From an uncultured Clostridia bacterium (lineage in GTDB: Bacteria > Bacillota > Clostridia > Christensenellales > CAG-314): a stretch of 54,808 nt of DNA. Numbering within the stretch: the stretch's first letter is position 1; each line of letters opens with the position of its first letter. Positions 41,405 through 53,800 of this stretch are shown here, piece by piece. The position numbers were made by a program, and so were the translations under genes. The stretch covers positions 1-54,808 of the forward strand of contig CAKQXG010000002.1 of NCBI GenBank assembly GCA_934281515.1, read 5' to 3'. The notes beneath the pieces were generated by a model, which had not been told where the DNA came from, ran no database searches, and was given only the letters and a program-made list of their open reading frames with translations.

Positions 41405-44400
41405 TTAATCGTTTGTGCGACTCCACTCGCCCGTGGTGTATACGTAGACGTACACATAGCCGGAGTGAATGTTGTTGAAAACAATCGTAAGACCGTCGCT
41501 GACAAACACGGCGTATCTGCCGCTCATGTCGTCGTCGCTGACTGCTTCGGGAGTACTCATGGAAGAAGAGTACTTCCAACCGCCGCTGTTTTCGGCCATT
41601 CCGTTTTCCTTGTTCCAAGTGCCGAACGCCTTTTTAAGGTTGCCGACAATCTTTTGCCACTCGTCGTTGAGCAACACTTTGTTTTCGTCAAGGCCGCCGA
41701 TTTGCATGGTAATGCTGATGAAGTCAATGTAGCCGTCCTCGACCGCCGCGCTTTCGGTGTAGTTGTACCAAGGGCCGCTCATGTTGTCGTCAAATAAACC
41801 GAGGAAGAAACTCGGGGCGGGCATGTATTTAGCTTTTTCTTCGCCGAATACACGTTCGATTACTTGTTGCATGTTGGAGCCTGACAAAATCGGATCCTTG
41901 GATTGATCGTATTTGTCCGTTTCTTTGTCATAAACGCCGGGATACTCTTTGAGGACGCTTGTGTGCAGGTAGTAGAAGGGGAACAAGCTGCTGTTTGCAC
42001 CGCCGTGTTTGATTTCTGCCCAAGTTTCGGGTAGCACGCGACGTTGGTAGTTGGCAAACACCTTGGCGGAATTTACCTTTTTGTCGGTTGTGCCGATATC
42101 TTGGTAAACGGTTTCGATTGTACCGGCATATGCGCCGCCCGCAAACGAGTAGGGATAGCTTGTGCTGTAAATCCTTGCCTTGTTGTCGGCGTCCACCACG
42201 ACTCTGATATTGACAGTGTTTTGAGCGTCGGTGGCTGCGCTGTTACGGCTGCCGTCCAACGAAAGCTGTTGCACTACGTCAAAGGTAAGAGCATTGTCCC
42301 TCAGGCGGAACGTGTAGGTGTCCAAGCCTATGTCCTTGGGTACTTCGTAGCCGGCAAACTCGAAGATTTCGGCAGCGAAGTCAAATGTGGGCAACACCGT
42401 AGCGATGTCTTTCTTGACGACGCGCGTACCCTTGAAGCCGTCGATAGATGCGTCGTAAGCGAATTCCTCGTAGGTACCGTCGCTAAATCCGCGGTATCCG
42501 CTGTACTCGAAACGATACAGCTTGTCGTCCATAGCGTAACTGTACTTGCTGACCTTTTCGATGATGATATACGGGTCGGAGGTATTGGCAACTACGTATC
42601 CGACGGTACCCGTAGCAGTGCCGCCGTTGATACCTACGCTGTCTTTGTGATCGTAGAATGTCGAGGTGTGCGTTGCGCTGCCCGAAGTCGAACCGCCGCC
42701 GACAGAACCGCCTGCGTTGCTGCCGCTAAGCGTGTAATCGTCATCGTTGGAGGTAGGAGTGCGCGTTGCCTTGTCCGATGCGACGAAGGTGTAGTTTTTG
42801 GCGTTGTTGATGTCGGCAAGAGCTTCTTGCAAGTACTTGTAAGCCACCTTTTGTACAGGCTTGTTGGTTTCCAGAGTGTACAAAGCGGGATCGGGAACCT
42901 TGCTTGTGCCGATGTCGGAGAAGGTCAGGCAAATTTCTGTCCAGGACGTGCTGATAGGACTGCCGTCTTGTACGGGAGTGTTGTCCTCGGTACCCCAGTA
43001 CTTGTACACCTCGGTGATGGCGTAGACGCCGACTATGCCGTTGGCGTCGCACACAAGGTACAACGATTCCAAACGGTCATCGGTGGTTGCAAGCGGAGTG
43101 AGCGATTGGCAAATGAAAGTAAACAATTCCAACGCTTGCATGTTTGTCGTCGGTATCGAGTATTGGAAAGCCACCAAAGTGCCGTCGTTGGCGTCGGAAG
43201 AAACAAATCCCAACTCGTTGAGCTTTGTCGTGTCGTAGTTGGCGTTGTACTTGAACGTGTCTACGCTCATGTACTCACTTGTCAAATGATTCCACAAGTG
43301 TTGGTTTTCCCACAAAGCGGGTATACTTTGGTAGTCGGTTACAACTTTGCTTTTAAGTTGGTTGTTGATGTCGATGTACTCGCGCTCCATCACGGGACCC
43401 TCGACATAGTGAGAAAATTTCCCGTCCGACGTGTACATACCTACTTTTGCCGTCTTGGTTGTCGACTTGATGTAAGTGTCGCGAGTGACGATTTTGGCGG
43501 GGGAATTACTTGCGATGTTCCACTGACCGTACCATCTGTCGGGTTCCATGATGACTTGTATGTCGTAGTTGTTTGACGAGATACGCTTGTTTGCCGTTTC
43601 CTGCGTTTTGTCGACAAGACTGCCGGTAGCCGTAATGGACGGAACGGAGATAGATTGGAGCCATTCCTTTGTAAGGCTGATGCCTGTGGTGCCTGCGGCA
43701 ACGGGTTCGCCCGTGGAACGAGTTTGTTTGAGCGTAAGGGACAGAGTCTTTTTGATGTTTTCGTTGTCCTTGACCTTGACCGTGATCACGGCGTCCTGAT
43801 CGAACAAAATCTTTTGTTGGTTCTTTACCTTGATTTCAAATTTGCCGTCGCCTTTTTCGACGATTTCTACAAGGCTGCTGCCGCAAGATACGACAAGATC
43901 CTCTCCGCCTTCGGCCTTTGCCGTAAGCGTTGCCGTTTCGTCGTTGTGGATTTCCGTTTTGTCAAGCGACAATGTCATGTTGACAAGTCCCTTGACGGTA
44001 AACATTCTCGTGCCGTACATGACGGGCGAAGTCTTGTCGGTAAACTTGACGATTACGGACTTGTCCGTGTCGGGCATTTCGGCAAGAGAAAGTTTCTTGG
44101 TCGTCTTGCTGTACGTCAGGTAGTCGCACTTGTCGGAAAAACTTTCTCCGTCGTCAAGCGAAAAACTGATGTCGTAGTTGCCTTCGGGATTGAATGTGAT
44201 TGTGGCAGGTTTGCCCGTTGCAATGGTATAGTTGTCGGCCATAATCTTGACCATACCGGTTGCCTTGCTGGGAGCAATTGTCACTTCGATCGTCTTGAAC
44301 ACCGAGGGATTGTCCTTGGAAGATATCTTCAATTCGATTACTTTTTGTTCCTTCGGGTCGCCTATTACGGTAACTCTGGTGCCTTCCACCTTGACTAGAG

Positions 44401-44617
44401 CCTCGTACTTCTTGTCCACCGACAAGACAGGTTCGCTACCGTCGGACAGTACCATCGAAACGTTAAAACTTTCTCCGACGGAGAACGGTCCTTCGGGTAC
44501 CGCCGCAAGAATTTGCACGTTGTCGTTATTTTGACATGCTACAAGCGCAACGCTGACAAATACCAAAATTGCCAACAGCGCAATCGCAATGTTGCGTGAC
44601 TTGTGATTGTATTTCAT
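41405..44617 (-). CDS. 1070-aa surface lipoprotein, uncharacterised (paralogue of the 825-aa protein over its C-terminal roughly 600 aa)
   Basis: Lipobox LVAC. Strong SD AAGGAGG. The N-terminal roughly 300 aa look like beta-sandwich/Ig-like domains. Confidence 0.9.
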   Translation of the reverse strand: MKYNHKSRNIAIALLAILVFVSVALVACQNNDNVQILAAVPEGPFSVGESFNVSMVLSDGSEPVLSVDKKYEALVKVEGTRVTVIGDPKEQKVIELKISSKDNPSVFKTIEVTIAPSKATGMVKIMADNYTIATGKPATITFNPEGNYDISFSLDDGESFSDKCDYLTYSKTTKKLSLAEMPDTDKSVIVKFTDKTSPVMYGTRMFTVKGLVNMTLSLDKTEIHNDETATLTAKAEGGEDLVVSCGSSLVEIVEKGDGKFEIKVKNQQKILFDQDAVITVKVKDNENIKKTLSLTLKQTRSTGEPVAAGTTGISLTKEWLQSISVPSITATGSLVDKTQETANKRISSNNYDIQVIMEPDRWYGQWNIASNSPAKIVTRDTYIKSTTKTAKVGMYTSDGKFSHYVEGPVMEREYIDINNQLKSKVVTDYQSIPALWENQHLWNHLTSEYMSVDTFKYNANYDTTKLNELGFVSSDANDGTLVAFQYSIPTTNMQALELFTFICQSLTPLATTDDRLESLYLVCDANGIVGVYAITEVYKYWGTEDNTPVQDGSPISTSWTEICLTFSDIGTSKVPDPALYTLETNKPVQKVAYKYLQEALADINNAKNYTFVASDKATRTPTSNDDDYTLSGSNAGGSVGGGSTSGSATHTSTFYDHKDSVGINGGTATGTVGYVVANTSDPYIIIEKVSKYSYAMDDKLYRFEYSGYRGFSDGTYEEFAYDASIDGFKGTRVVKKDIATVLPTFDFAAEIFEFAGYEVPKDIGLDTYTFRLRDNALTFDVVQQLSLDGSRNSAATDAQNTVNIRVVVDADNKARIYSTSYPYSFAGGAYAGTIETVYQDIGTTDKKVNSAKVFANYQRRVLPETWAEIKHGGANSSLFPFYYLHTSVLKEYPGVYDKETDKYDQSKDPILSGSNMQQVIERVFGEEKAKYMPAPSFFLGLFDDNMSGPWYNYTESAAVEDGYIDFISITMQIGGLDENKVLLNDEWQKIVGNLKKAFGTWNKENGMAENSGGWKYSSSMSTPEAVSDDDMSGRYAVFVSDGLTIVFNNIHSGYVYVYVYTTGEWSRTND

Positions 44618-44774
44618 ACATGCCTCCTTATTTACCGCGAGTTCGGCGCATAGTGCGATGAGTACGCGCCGCCTCGTTGTAATTGTGTGATGTCGGGTTG
44701 TGCGCCCCGACGCGCGCTACAGCTACGGCTTACGGTGTTTGTGCCGAATTTGCCGCCACGTTGTCGTTTTTTGT

Positions 44775-47252
44775 TTACAAAGCACCCAATTGTCCATTGT
44801 CTGTGATGCTCTTGTTCCATGCATAGATGGTCAAATCCAAGCCTTCGTCGCTGACAAACACTATCACGTTGCCGTTGACGTATTCTCCGTAGGAGTTTTG
44901 CGTAAATCCGTTGTCGGTAAGCAATTTTTTGATCTTTACCATCGAGCTGTCGATTGTGTAGTTGATGTCCAACGGAACGTCGTAGTAAATGCAGACGCAG
45001 GGCATCGTGTATTTTTCGCCGCCGCGCGCACGAAGCGTTTCGTAGGCGAAACCGAATGTGTCGGCAAGGCAATCCGTTGCTCCGAAGAAGGGTATCGGGT
45101 TGTCGATGCCCGCAAACAAACGCTTTGCAAAGTAATTTGCCGCGCGCACAGGTACGTCGTGTCCGTTTTCGTCGTCGTCGCTTTTCTTTATCAAAACGTT
45201 GACGGTCGACCAATCGGTAGGCACGCTGCGAACTTCCAATGCGCCTATACGTGCCGCCTGCGCCTCGGGCACCGTCGTTGCGGAGGTCAACTCCTCGCCT
45301 TGCGACACGAAGTTGCCGTAGTTGATTTCCACCGTGCCGTACATATTACCCAGGTAGTAGAAAAACTCCGCGCGGGTAATGTAGTACTTGCCGTTGATCT
45401 TTTCCACGTCGACGCTTGTCGGATCGTACATTCCGCTGAAAATACCGTCGCTGGCAAACATGCCGTACAACGCAACGTCATTGCCTATGCCGTAGTACAT
45501 TGTCGTGGCTACGTTGCACATGTCGGCTACGACAAAGTAGCGATTGTAGGAAACGTCGTGCTTGTCGGCGTCGTACTTCGTTTGTTCGACGACTTTGTCA
45601 AACAACTGTTCGGAGAAATCAAACGTCGGCTTGGCATTGTCGAAACTGCCGTCGTATGCGCGATCGGGACGCAAGGTGCGAGTCTTTTCGTCCAAGCTGT
45701 CAAACTTGTCGGGGTCGACATAGTAGATACTGTCGGCGGCGTAGTGGTAGGAGTTGTAACTGTCGTCCGTAATCTTGCGGAATCCGTACACGTTTTCTTC
45801 GTCGAACTTGTACGTTTTGTTACCTTCGGAGTCTTTGCCCGGAGTGTAGTCGCGGAAGAAACAATCGGTAGGATTGACTATTTCGTAAAAGCCCGTCTGG
45901 CGGTTGCCTCCGGATCCGCTTAGGTAAATCGTTTGCATAAAGTCAAGCGTGTACGCTTTGAGCGACTTCATGTTGGCAATGGCTTCCCGCAAATTTGTCT
46001 GCAATTCCGCCGAAAGGGGCGACTCGTACTTTTGTATGGCCTTGACTTCGACCGAGCTGTCGGTGTTGGCTGCGGCAATCAACCTTTGTTCCGCCCAATA
46101 AATATTGGACAAGCTGTGGTCCACACCGCTCTCGACACACACGCCCAACACGCCGTCTTCGTCCACAAGCAACGAAAACGAATTTTCGTCGTCCACGACA
46201 AAGTTGTACGGGTCGGCTGCCGCCACGATCTTTTTGGTCAATTCGTAGTAGTCGGAAGCGACATACGTCCAACGCCAAGTATCGTTGTCAAATCGGAAGT
46301 CGGACAGCGACAATCCTTGCAAGCTGTTGTACAAACCGGCTTGTTCCCAAGTGATTTCACGGTCATTTTCCGTCATGCGAATTTGTTGCACGTTGTTGGC
46401 AAAGTCCACCGAATCCTGACAAGCGTAGCCTTCGCTGTCCTTGGAGAAGAATATCTCTTTTGTAATGCCTGCCGAACTGTTGGTGTACTCGGCGTACCAA
46501 TGTTCGCCGTCCATGGCAGTGTGCAGCGGTAAGGTGTTTGTGCCTTTGTGTTCGTTAGAGCCGTACGAGTAGTAGTCTATCGTCAAAAAGCCCTCGAACG
46601 CCACTTTTGCATTGTTGGCAAAGTCGTCCAACATTTGTTGAGTAAGTACGGTTTTTGCCAATACGGTAAGTGTTTTTTCGGCATATTTGGTGGTATCTTC
46701 CACACTTGTCGCACGGATAAGAACCACCTTGTCACCCTTGACGTCGGCATTTGCAGTAACGTTGCCTTCGTCGTCGACGGTGACGTATTCGCCGCCTTCG
46801 ACAACCTTCCAGGTAACACCCTGTCCGGAGCCGTTGACCCGTGCGCTAAGTTGTACGGAGTAGCCGGCACGTACTTCGGTAGTACCGCTGATGGCTACGC
46901 TCAACTTGGTGTCGTCGGGAGTAATGCTTTTGCCCGTAAAGGTAACAATGTCTGAAGGAGAACTTTCCTTGTAACCTTCGGCAACGGCAATTACGGCAAT
47001 GGTTGTCGTCTTGTCCGTTGAAGGCAATTGGTAACTTGTTTCGGTAAGCGTGGATTGTTGACGTTGTCCGTCGACAATCAGCACATAGCCTGTGGCGTGT
47101 TCCACTGCCGACCATACGACAAGTCCGTTTTCGTCAACCGCTACGTTTTGCGGAGTTGCAAGAGTTTGCGGAGTGTTGTCCTGGCACGCGGCGAATATTA
47201 CACCGGGCAACAGCAGAACAACCGCAAGAAGCAAAGAAATAAATTTTTTCAT
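44775..47252 (-). CDS. 825-aa surface lipoprotein: Fn3-like domain, Big_2 domain and an uncharacterised roughly 600-aa region
   Basis: Lipobox FAAC. Big_2 segment: VQLSARVNGSGQGVTWKVVEGGEYVTVDDEGNVTANADVKGDKVVLIRATS. Confidence 0.9.
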   Translation of the reverse strand: MKKFISLLLAVVLLLPGVIFAACQDNTPQTLATPQNVAVDENGLVVWSAVEHATGYVLIVDGQRQQSTLTETSYQLPSTDKTTTIAVIAVAEGYKESSPSDIVTFTGKSITPDDTKLSVAISGTTEVRAGYSVQLSARVNGSGQGVTWKVVEGGEYVTVDDEGNVTANADVKGDKVVLIRATSVEDTTKYAEKTLTVLAKTVLTQQMLDDFANNAKVAFEGFLTIDYYSYGSNEHKGTNTLPLHTAMDGEHWYAEYTNSSAGITKEIFFSKDSEGYACQDSVDFANNVQQIRMTENDREITWEQAGLYNSLQGLSLSDFRFDNDTWRWTYVASDYYELTKKIVAAADPYNFVVDDENSFSLLVDEDGVLGVCVESGVDHSLSNIYWAEQRLIAAANTDSSVEVKAIQKYESPLSAELQTNLREAIANMKSLKAYTLDFMQTIYLSGSGGNRQTGFYEIVNPTDCFFRDYTPGKDSEGNKTYKFDEENVYGFRKITDDSYNSYHYAADSIYYVDPDKFDSLDEKTRTLRPDRAYDGSFDNAKPTFDFSEQLFDKVVEQTKYDADKHDVSYNRYFVVADMCNVATTMYYGIGNDVALYGMFASDGIFSGMYDPTSVDVEKINGKYYITRAEFFYYLGNMYGTVEINYGNFVSQGEELTSATTVPEAQAARIGALEVRSVPTDWSTVNVLIKKSDDDENGHDVPVRAANYFAKRLFAGIDNPIPFFGATDCLADTFGFAYETLRARGGEKYTMPCVCIYYDVPLDINYTIDSSMVKIKKLLTDNGFTQNSYGEYVNGNVIVFVSDEGLDLTIYAWNKSITDNGQLGAL

Positions 47253-47267
47253 GTTTCGGCGCCCTCC

Positions 47268-47819
47268 TTAATATTCGAAGGTGTAGACGTAAGTTACGTC
47301 CTTGCCGTCGGCTGTCTGAAAATTGCAGGCGATTGTCTGAGCCTTGTCTTTGTCGAATACACATGTAAGCGTTGCGCTTCCGACGGGTGCGCCTTGCGAC
47401 AGTTTAAGCACTTCCGCAAGTTTGTCGGCATTGACAAGGCAGGTAAACTTGCCGTCTTTGTAGGAGTAGCCTACGATGTTTTCTTCCGTAACGGCTACCG
47501 GAACGACGATTGTCGCCACCTTGCGCGAGGAAGTAGTTTCCTCAAACGCAAAGTTGCGGCTGAACTCACCTTCGGTAACGGTAGCGTCAAAACCATCGTC
47601 GGCTTTGGCGTATTCCGCTTTGTAACTATACACGGTTGTCGTTTTGTCGGCAGAGACATCGTTTATCGTCAACTCCGCCGTGTAGCGTCTGACGTCCTTG
47701 ATCGATTGTTCAATCGCCTTCATACGACCTTCGACGGAGTTGTCCGTGGCGCAAGCGCACAAACATGCCGCCGCAAGTGCCACGCACAACATAGTAAGCA
47801 AAATCTTTTGTATCTTCAT
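47268..47819 (-). CDS. 183-aa lipoprotein of unknown function
   Basis: The ATG at 47819 gives MKIQKILLTMLCVALAAACLCAC (lipobox). It lies 1 nt after the stop of the S8 gene and 15 nt before the 825-aa gene, so it is tightly packed in the operon. Confidence 0.8.
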   Translation of the reverse strand: MKIQKILLTMLCVALAAACLCACATDNSVEGRMKAIEQSIKDVRRYTAELTINDVSADKTTTVYSYKAEYAKADDGFDATVTEGEFSRNFAFEETTSSRKVATIVVPVAVTEENIVGYSYKDGKFTCLVNADKLAEVLKLSQGAPVGSATLTCVFDKDKAQTIACNFQTADGKDVTYVYTFEY

Positions 47820-47820
47820 A

Positions 47821-50800
47821 TTACATAACCCCCTTTTTCTTTGTGAGGGCAACTACTGCCGCCGCAAGGGCTATCGGCAATATGCCTGCCGTCGCGGCTG
47901 CGTTTGTACGGGTTTCTTCACCCAAAGACGGTTTGAGCGTTTCGGCATAGTCGGCAACGGTAGCGATGTACTTGTTGTACTCGGCAACCAGGGAGTCGTA
48001 CTTGTCTGTAGTCAACGCAGCCACCTGTTCGGAGGTAAGCCGTTTGATACTCTTGTTTACTTCGGCAAGTTGTTCCACGGAGTTTATGTCAAACTCTACC
48101 GGCAGTGCGTCGATTTGCTTCTGCACGTCCTTGACGACCTGCTCCGCCTTGGCAAAACGAAGTGCCGTTACACGCTGCTTTGCTTCAAACAAAATCTCTT
48201 CGTAGCGCGCCCATTCGGCGTCGGTAACGCCAAACTGCACGGGTTGTTGCGTAATCGACTTGTAGTTGACAAGCGCGCTGTCGATAAGATCGCCGTCACC
48301 GAGAGTAATTACGTCGATTGCCGATATTTCCGCCACTTCGTCGATAAAGTCGCGCAACGCCTTTTGCGTTGTTTCCTCGCCGCGTGCGCCGATTTCGCCG
48401 AAGTAGGCAAGGTACACAAGCGAATCGTACCCGAAGATATCCTCGTTAGAGGGTACAATCATCTGCAAAGGCTTGTTTTTGCCGACAAGGTCGACAAAGT
48501 TGTAGTAGTACAGATAGAACCCGAACATGTTGTACATCTTTTGCAACACATCGTAGCCGGGGTCGGTTTCTTCAAGCTTGGTTTTGTAGTTGTAGCCGTC
48601 GTCGAGAGAAGGCGCTTCGATGCTGCGGAATACCACCGTTTCCAGCGAGGTGTATCCGTAGAAAGCGTACTCGCCGATGTTGCGCATGGTACTAGGAAGA
48701 TCGATTGTCTTGATGTGGGTATTTTGGTTGCCGGCATATGCGTCTACGCGACGAGTGCCTTCGGCAACCACCAACTTCTCCGCGTCCAACGCCGCAGGAA
48801 CGCTTGTCAACTGCCACGAGCCGTTGGTAAGCTTGGTGTACAGCACACCTTTGTCCAACTTGGCGTAGTCGTTGATTTGTCCGTCGGAAACAAGTTTGTC
48901 ACCTTGGTAGAAACTGATTGCCGCAAGACGGTTGCAACCGAGCAATACGAAGGATTCCATCTTGGCAAGTTTGTTGCCGATGACGAACCCGGACAGGTTT
49001 GCGTTTTCGCGGAATGCCTCTTCGCCGATTGTGACAACGCTGTTACCGACAAAATACCTGAGGTTGGTAAACGCAAACGACGACGCGCCGATTGTTTGCA
49101 GATTGTCGGCGATGATACCGCCGTTCATACTGAGGTCAGCTTGATAGAATGCGCCTTCGCCCGTCTTGACCAGGTTCGCCAGATCCACGGTTTTGAGCGA
49201 CGTGCACGCACGGAAACCTTCCGCGCCGATTTCCTTGACATTGCCAAGGTTGATTGTAGCTAGTTTTGTGCAACCTTTAAACGCGTTGTCGCCGATTTTG
49301 GTAAGGCTGTCGGGCAATTCCACCGTTGCAAGATTTTTGCACAATCCGAATGTGTTGTCTTCGATTTTGCTTACGCCTTCGGGAATCGTAACGGATACAA
49401 GTTCGGTACAGGAGATAAACGCCGCCTGACCGATAGACTGTACCGTAGAGGGCAAATCCATCGTACTTACCGCCACGCCACCCACATTGTTGCCGCCGAA
49501 TGCGCCGTCGCCGATAATACGTACCTTAGTCATAATGATACGACTTAGCGACGTGCAGTCGGAAAAAGCATATCTGCCGATTGTTTCCGCCTCGGACAAG
49601 TCAACCCCTTTCAATTTGTTGCAACCGAGGAATGCCAATTCGGCGATACTCTTCAATCCGCCGAGATTGATGTCTTCGAGCGACGTGTCGTAGGCAAACG
49701 CCGCAGTACCGAACGTTACGCTGCCGTCTTCGGGCAACACAACCTTGGTAAGACCCAACATGCGTTGGAACGCGCCCAACCCGTAGGAAGAATTGTCGCC
49801 GAGCGTCAGGCCGGTTACGCCGTTTACACGGAAGAACACGCCTTCGCCGTACTCTGCGTTGTCGGCAGTAACAAGACTGCCCTTGATTGCCGTATTGGAA
49901 AATGCGTAGTCGCCGACTTTGACAACTTTGTCCAGATTTACTACGTCCGTCAACCGAGATTCTCCCTCGGCAATTGCTTCGTCGTCGTAAGTGTCGCTTT
50001 CCAACTGGTAAGTAAACGCATAGTTGCCTACCGTCGTGCCGGTTTGGTCGGCAAACGTCACCTTGGTAAGGGCGGGACAATTGTAAAATGCGTAATCGCC
50101 TATTGCAACTGCGCCCTCAAACGTTACCGATGTTATCGCCGTGCCTGCGTAAGCCGACGGAGCAATCTTTTTGACGCTTGACGGTACCACTACGTCGCCG
50201 CTTGCATTGTTGAGCGCAAACACAAACGTTTCGCCGTCCTTGGTGACAAGATTACCATTGCTGTCGGTTTTGTACAGATTGCTGGCTGTTGCGTCGATTT
50301 CCGCCAGGTTAGTCTTGCGGAACAAAGGTCCGTACACCTGGTCGAACTCGGCGTTGCCCTTCAGTACAAGTCTGGTAAGACCGCTACGGAAGAAGCACAG
50401 GCTACCAAAGCTTACTTTACCTTCGGGCATTGTAAACGTAGTGAGAGACGGCGTTTTGTAGAATGCTTGCGTGCCGATGGCTTCGCATGTACCTTCAAAC
50501 GTCACTTCGGCAAGCTTTGCGCACTCGCTGAAAGCATTGTTGCCTACGCCGAGGCTGTCCGCGTGCAACGTTACAGACACAAGATCGTCACAGCCGCTGA
50601 AACAACCGTAAGGTATGATGTCGCGGTTGTAGATGTCTACTTCGACAAGTCCCGAATTGTGGAACATACCTGCAGACAACTTGGTGTTGCCGTGAGTATC
50701 GAACTGTACCGATGCAAGGGACAAACATTCCTTAAAGGCTTCCGCACCGGTGTTGCGCAACGACACAAGGTTGATTTCGCTCAGCGTCGTGCACTTGGCA

Positions 50801-53800
50801 AACGCTCTTACGCCGATTGCGTACACATGTGACAAGTCAACGTTGTCGAGCGTAATGCAGTTGTAGAAAGCTTCTCTTCCGATTGTTTCTACATCGGTGC
50901 CGGCAAATGTTTGCGGCGTTTCGCCACTTGTAAAGACAAACTTGGCAGGGATGCGCGGAGTTTCGTCCGTTGCCGGTACTTCGGGCGTCATCTCGTATTT
51001 GTCTTTCATTTCGATCTTCTTGTCGTCGGTGCTTTCAGTCAGCTTGAGGTTGTCCAGCAATACGACTCTTTCTAGTTGTTTACAACCGTAAAACGCGTAT
51101 TCACGCACGTACTTGACCTTTTTGGGAATTGCCACTTCGCGCAAATCCGAGCAGTTGGCAAATGCATATTTTTGTATTTCCGTTACGCCTTCGGGCACGA
51201 CTACCGACGTTACCGACGTATTGGCGGCAGGAATCTTGTTGGCGTCGTAATCGTCGTCGGGCAACTCGATTGTGTTGTCCGTCGTGTACAAACAGAACGC
51301 GTATGCGCCTATGTACAGAATACCTTCGTCGTCGGGTATGACTACGTGTCCGCCAAGTCCCTTGTAAGCGACCAACGTGCGGTTTTCGATGACAAATTCG
51401 CTCTTGACGTTGATTGTTACGGTGGTTTCGACGGGGGTCCCGGCAATGTGCAACGTTATTTGCGCCGAGCCTTCTTTAAGCGCGGTTATGCGCCCTGCCT
51501 TGCCGTCCTCGGTTTTGGCAACCGTTGCTACGGATTTTTTGTCGGTCAGCCATTCCAACTTGTCGGCGTATTCGTCCTCGGTGTACCACGGGTCACAGCG
51601 ATAGCTGAGGTCGATTGTCTCGCCGGGGTACATGGATATGACGCCGTTCAGCGATTGCATGTACTTGCGATCGCCGGTCGCGCCGATTTCGCTTGTTTGC
51701 GCCGCACGCGAGTAGGCAAATACCGTGTCAAAGTAGGTAAATCGTAACGATTTCAACGAATCGTCGGACAAATCGTCGCCGCTGCCGTTGTTTTTGTTAC
51801 TGTCGTTCCGTGCCTTGACGTTGACAATCAGTACCGCCGAAGCGCCGTAAACTCGCTCGGTGACGGTTACCGTCGCCTTACCTGCAGAAACGCCCTTGAC
51901 AACGCCGTCTTCGACGCGAAGTACGTTTTCGTTGGAGGACTTCCATGTGAGTTTTTGGAGATAGGTGCGGTCAAGCTCCGTCTCGCCCTCGTTGGTACGC
52001 ATGTCCGTCGTGCACAGGTAACGTGTTACGTCAAGGATTTCGTCCTCGTACATGGACAGGAACAACTTGTCCGTGCCGTCCGACATACCGTTGCTTGTAA
52101 ACTTGAACTCGCCGTCGGTACCGGGCAACTGCACAAGGAAAATGTTGGTGTTGAGCGCGTAGTCGTCAACGATAAATGCAAGCGCGTTATTGACGATCTT
52201 GTCGGAGAACAGGTCGTCCAAGTAGTCGGTGATTTCCACACGCACCACTGTGTCGCTGTTGCGCTCGCCGTAGATAGGGATCGGGTTGTCGGTAAGGTAG
52301 GTGTAACTGCTTGCCGAAGTGAAGATGACCGGAGCAACGCTCATTGCGTAGTGGTTGTCGTAGATGGTCAGGTTGACGTAGTAGCGATCCTTGTTGAGCG
52401 ACTTGTCGTACACTTTTTCAAAGCTTGCGTCCTTGATGACGGGAGCCTGATCGTCCATGTAGAAGTCGAATTGGAAGCTGTTGCGCACGTTGGTGGTCAA
52501 TCCGTCGGACTCGTAGTCCAGCAAGCCTTGCATCTTAAAAGTATACTGACGGTTGTTGAGCAATCCTGCGCGTAGCGATTTGACCTTGATAAACTCGTAA
52601 TACGGCACAGGTGAGCCGCCGTTACTGAACGCTTTATTGGCGTTGTAGTAGGTTTCGTTCCAGATCGTGTCGCCCGTAGTCTTGTCCGTAATAGAGAAGC
52701 GCATTTCCTTGGCGTTACGCAACAAACCTGCGTACACCGCCGAAATACCGTCTATTGCGCCCAGAATGTTGGACACCGCGATGTGCTCTTCGGTTGCAGG
52801 AATGGCGTCGTAGGTGCTTTCGTCAATGTCGTACAAGTACGTGCCAAGGGGAATCATGTAGTTGTAGTAGTAACTGCCGTAAGGGGTTGTAGCCCAGTAG
52901 TCGGCTTTGATTTTGTCATCGTCGTCCAAGCCCTTGTTGTGTGCCGTGGACTCTACTTCGTAGTAAGTTTTGTCAAACATGGGCGGTTCCGACCAGTCGC
53001 CGTAGTAGGCAAGGAAAGGAACGTTAAGTGGGACAACTTCGTCGCCTGCCGTCAACTTGACAAAGCCTTCGACATACATACCGTACTTAAACAGACCGTC
53101 GATGTAGTTTTTGTCGCCGTCGGTCAAGGTGTACACCGCCTTGACGGTGACAGTGCGGCCTGCGTCGACCGTGATCTGGTTACCGCTGACCGAGCCGTTG
53201 CCGGAAACAAAGGAAATCTTCGCCGTACCATCCAGTACTTTACCCGTTTCGGCTACGTGCTTGGTGTCGTACTCGCTGACGCTTTCGCTCATGCCGACGA
53301 TGTCGAAGTTGTAGGTAAGCGCGGTTGTACCGACGTTGACTACGTTAAACTCCATTTCGTATATGCCTGTACGCGTCGGGTCGTCGCCGAGTTCGAGCTT
53401 GGTTTTCGTCTTGATTTGCCTGGTTGTTACGCCGTCCTTGGTCACTTCTTCGTCTACCGTGATGTAGGCGTTTGTGTTGACGACGTTGCGCGCGCTTGCA
53501 AGACCTGCGCCCTGTTTACGCGGAGAGTAAGGCACGCCTTCTTCGTTAAGCGCGATGGTTGCCGTACTCATCAGCATCTGATTGACAACGTTGTTGACGG
53601 CAACGGGGTCGGGAGTGCCGTTTGTGACAGTGATACCGAACTTGGTTGCGTTTTCCTTGACGTAGTCACGGATAAGCACAATCACGCCGCACAGGTTGGG
53701 GGTTGCCATTGACGTACCGCTCAGACGGTCATAGCCGTTGTTGGGAATAGAGGAGTAAATCTCGCCGCCGTGAGCGGTGATTTCCGGCTTCAATCTGAGG

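Noticed and set aside
29550-47252. A diversity-generating retroelement or an invertible-promoter (inverton) mechanism acting on the giant surface protein genes.
   Set aside because: There is no reverse transcriptase or recombinase gene in the window. The internal repeats are diverged at all base types rather than at adenines only. The inverted repeats in the leaders are only 14-43 nt apart, too close to flank a promoter. Template or variable repeats elsewhere in the genome cannot be excluded.
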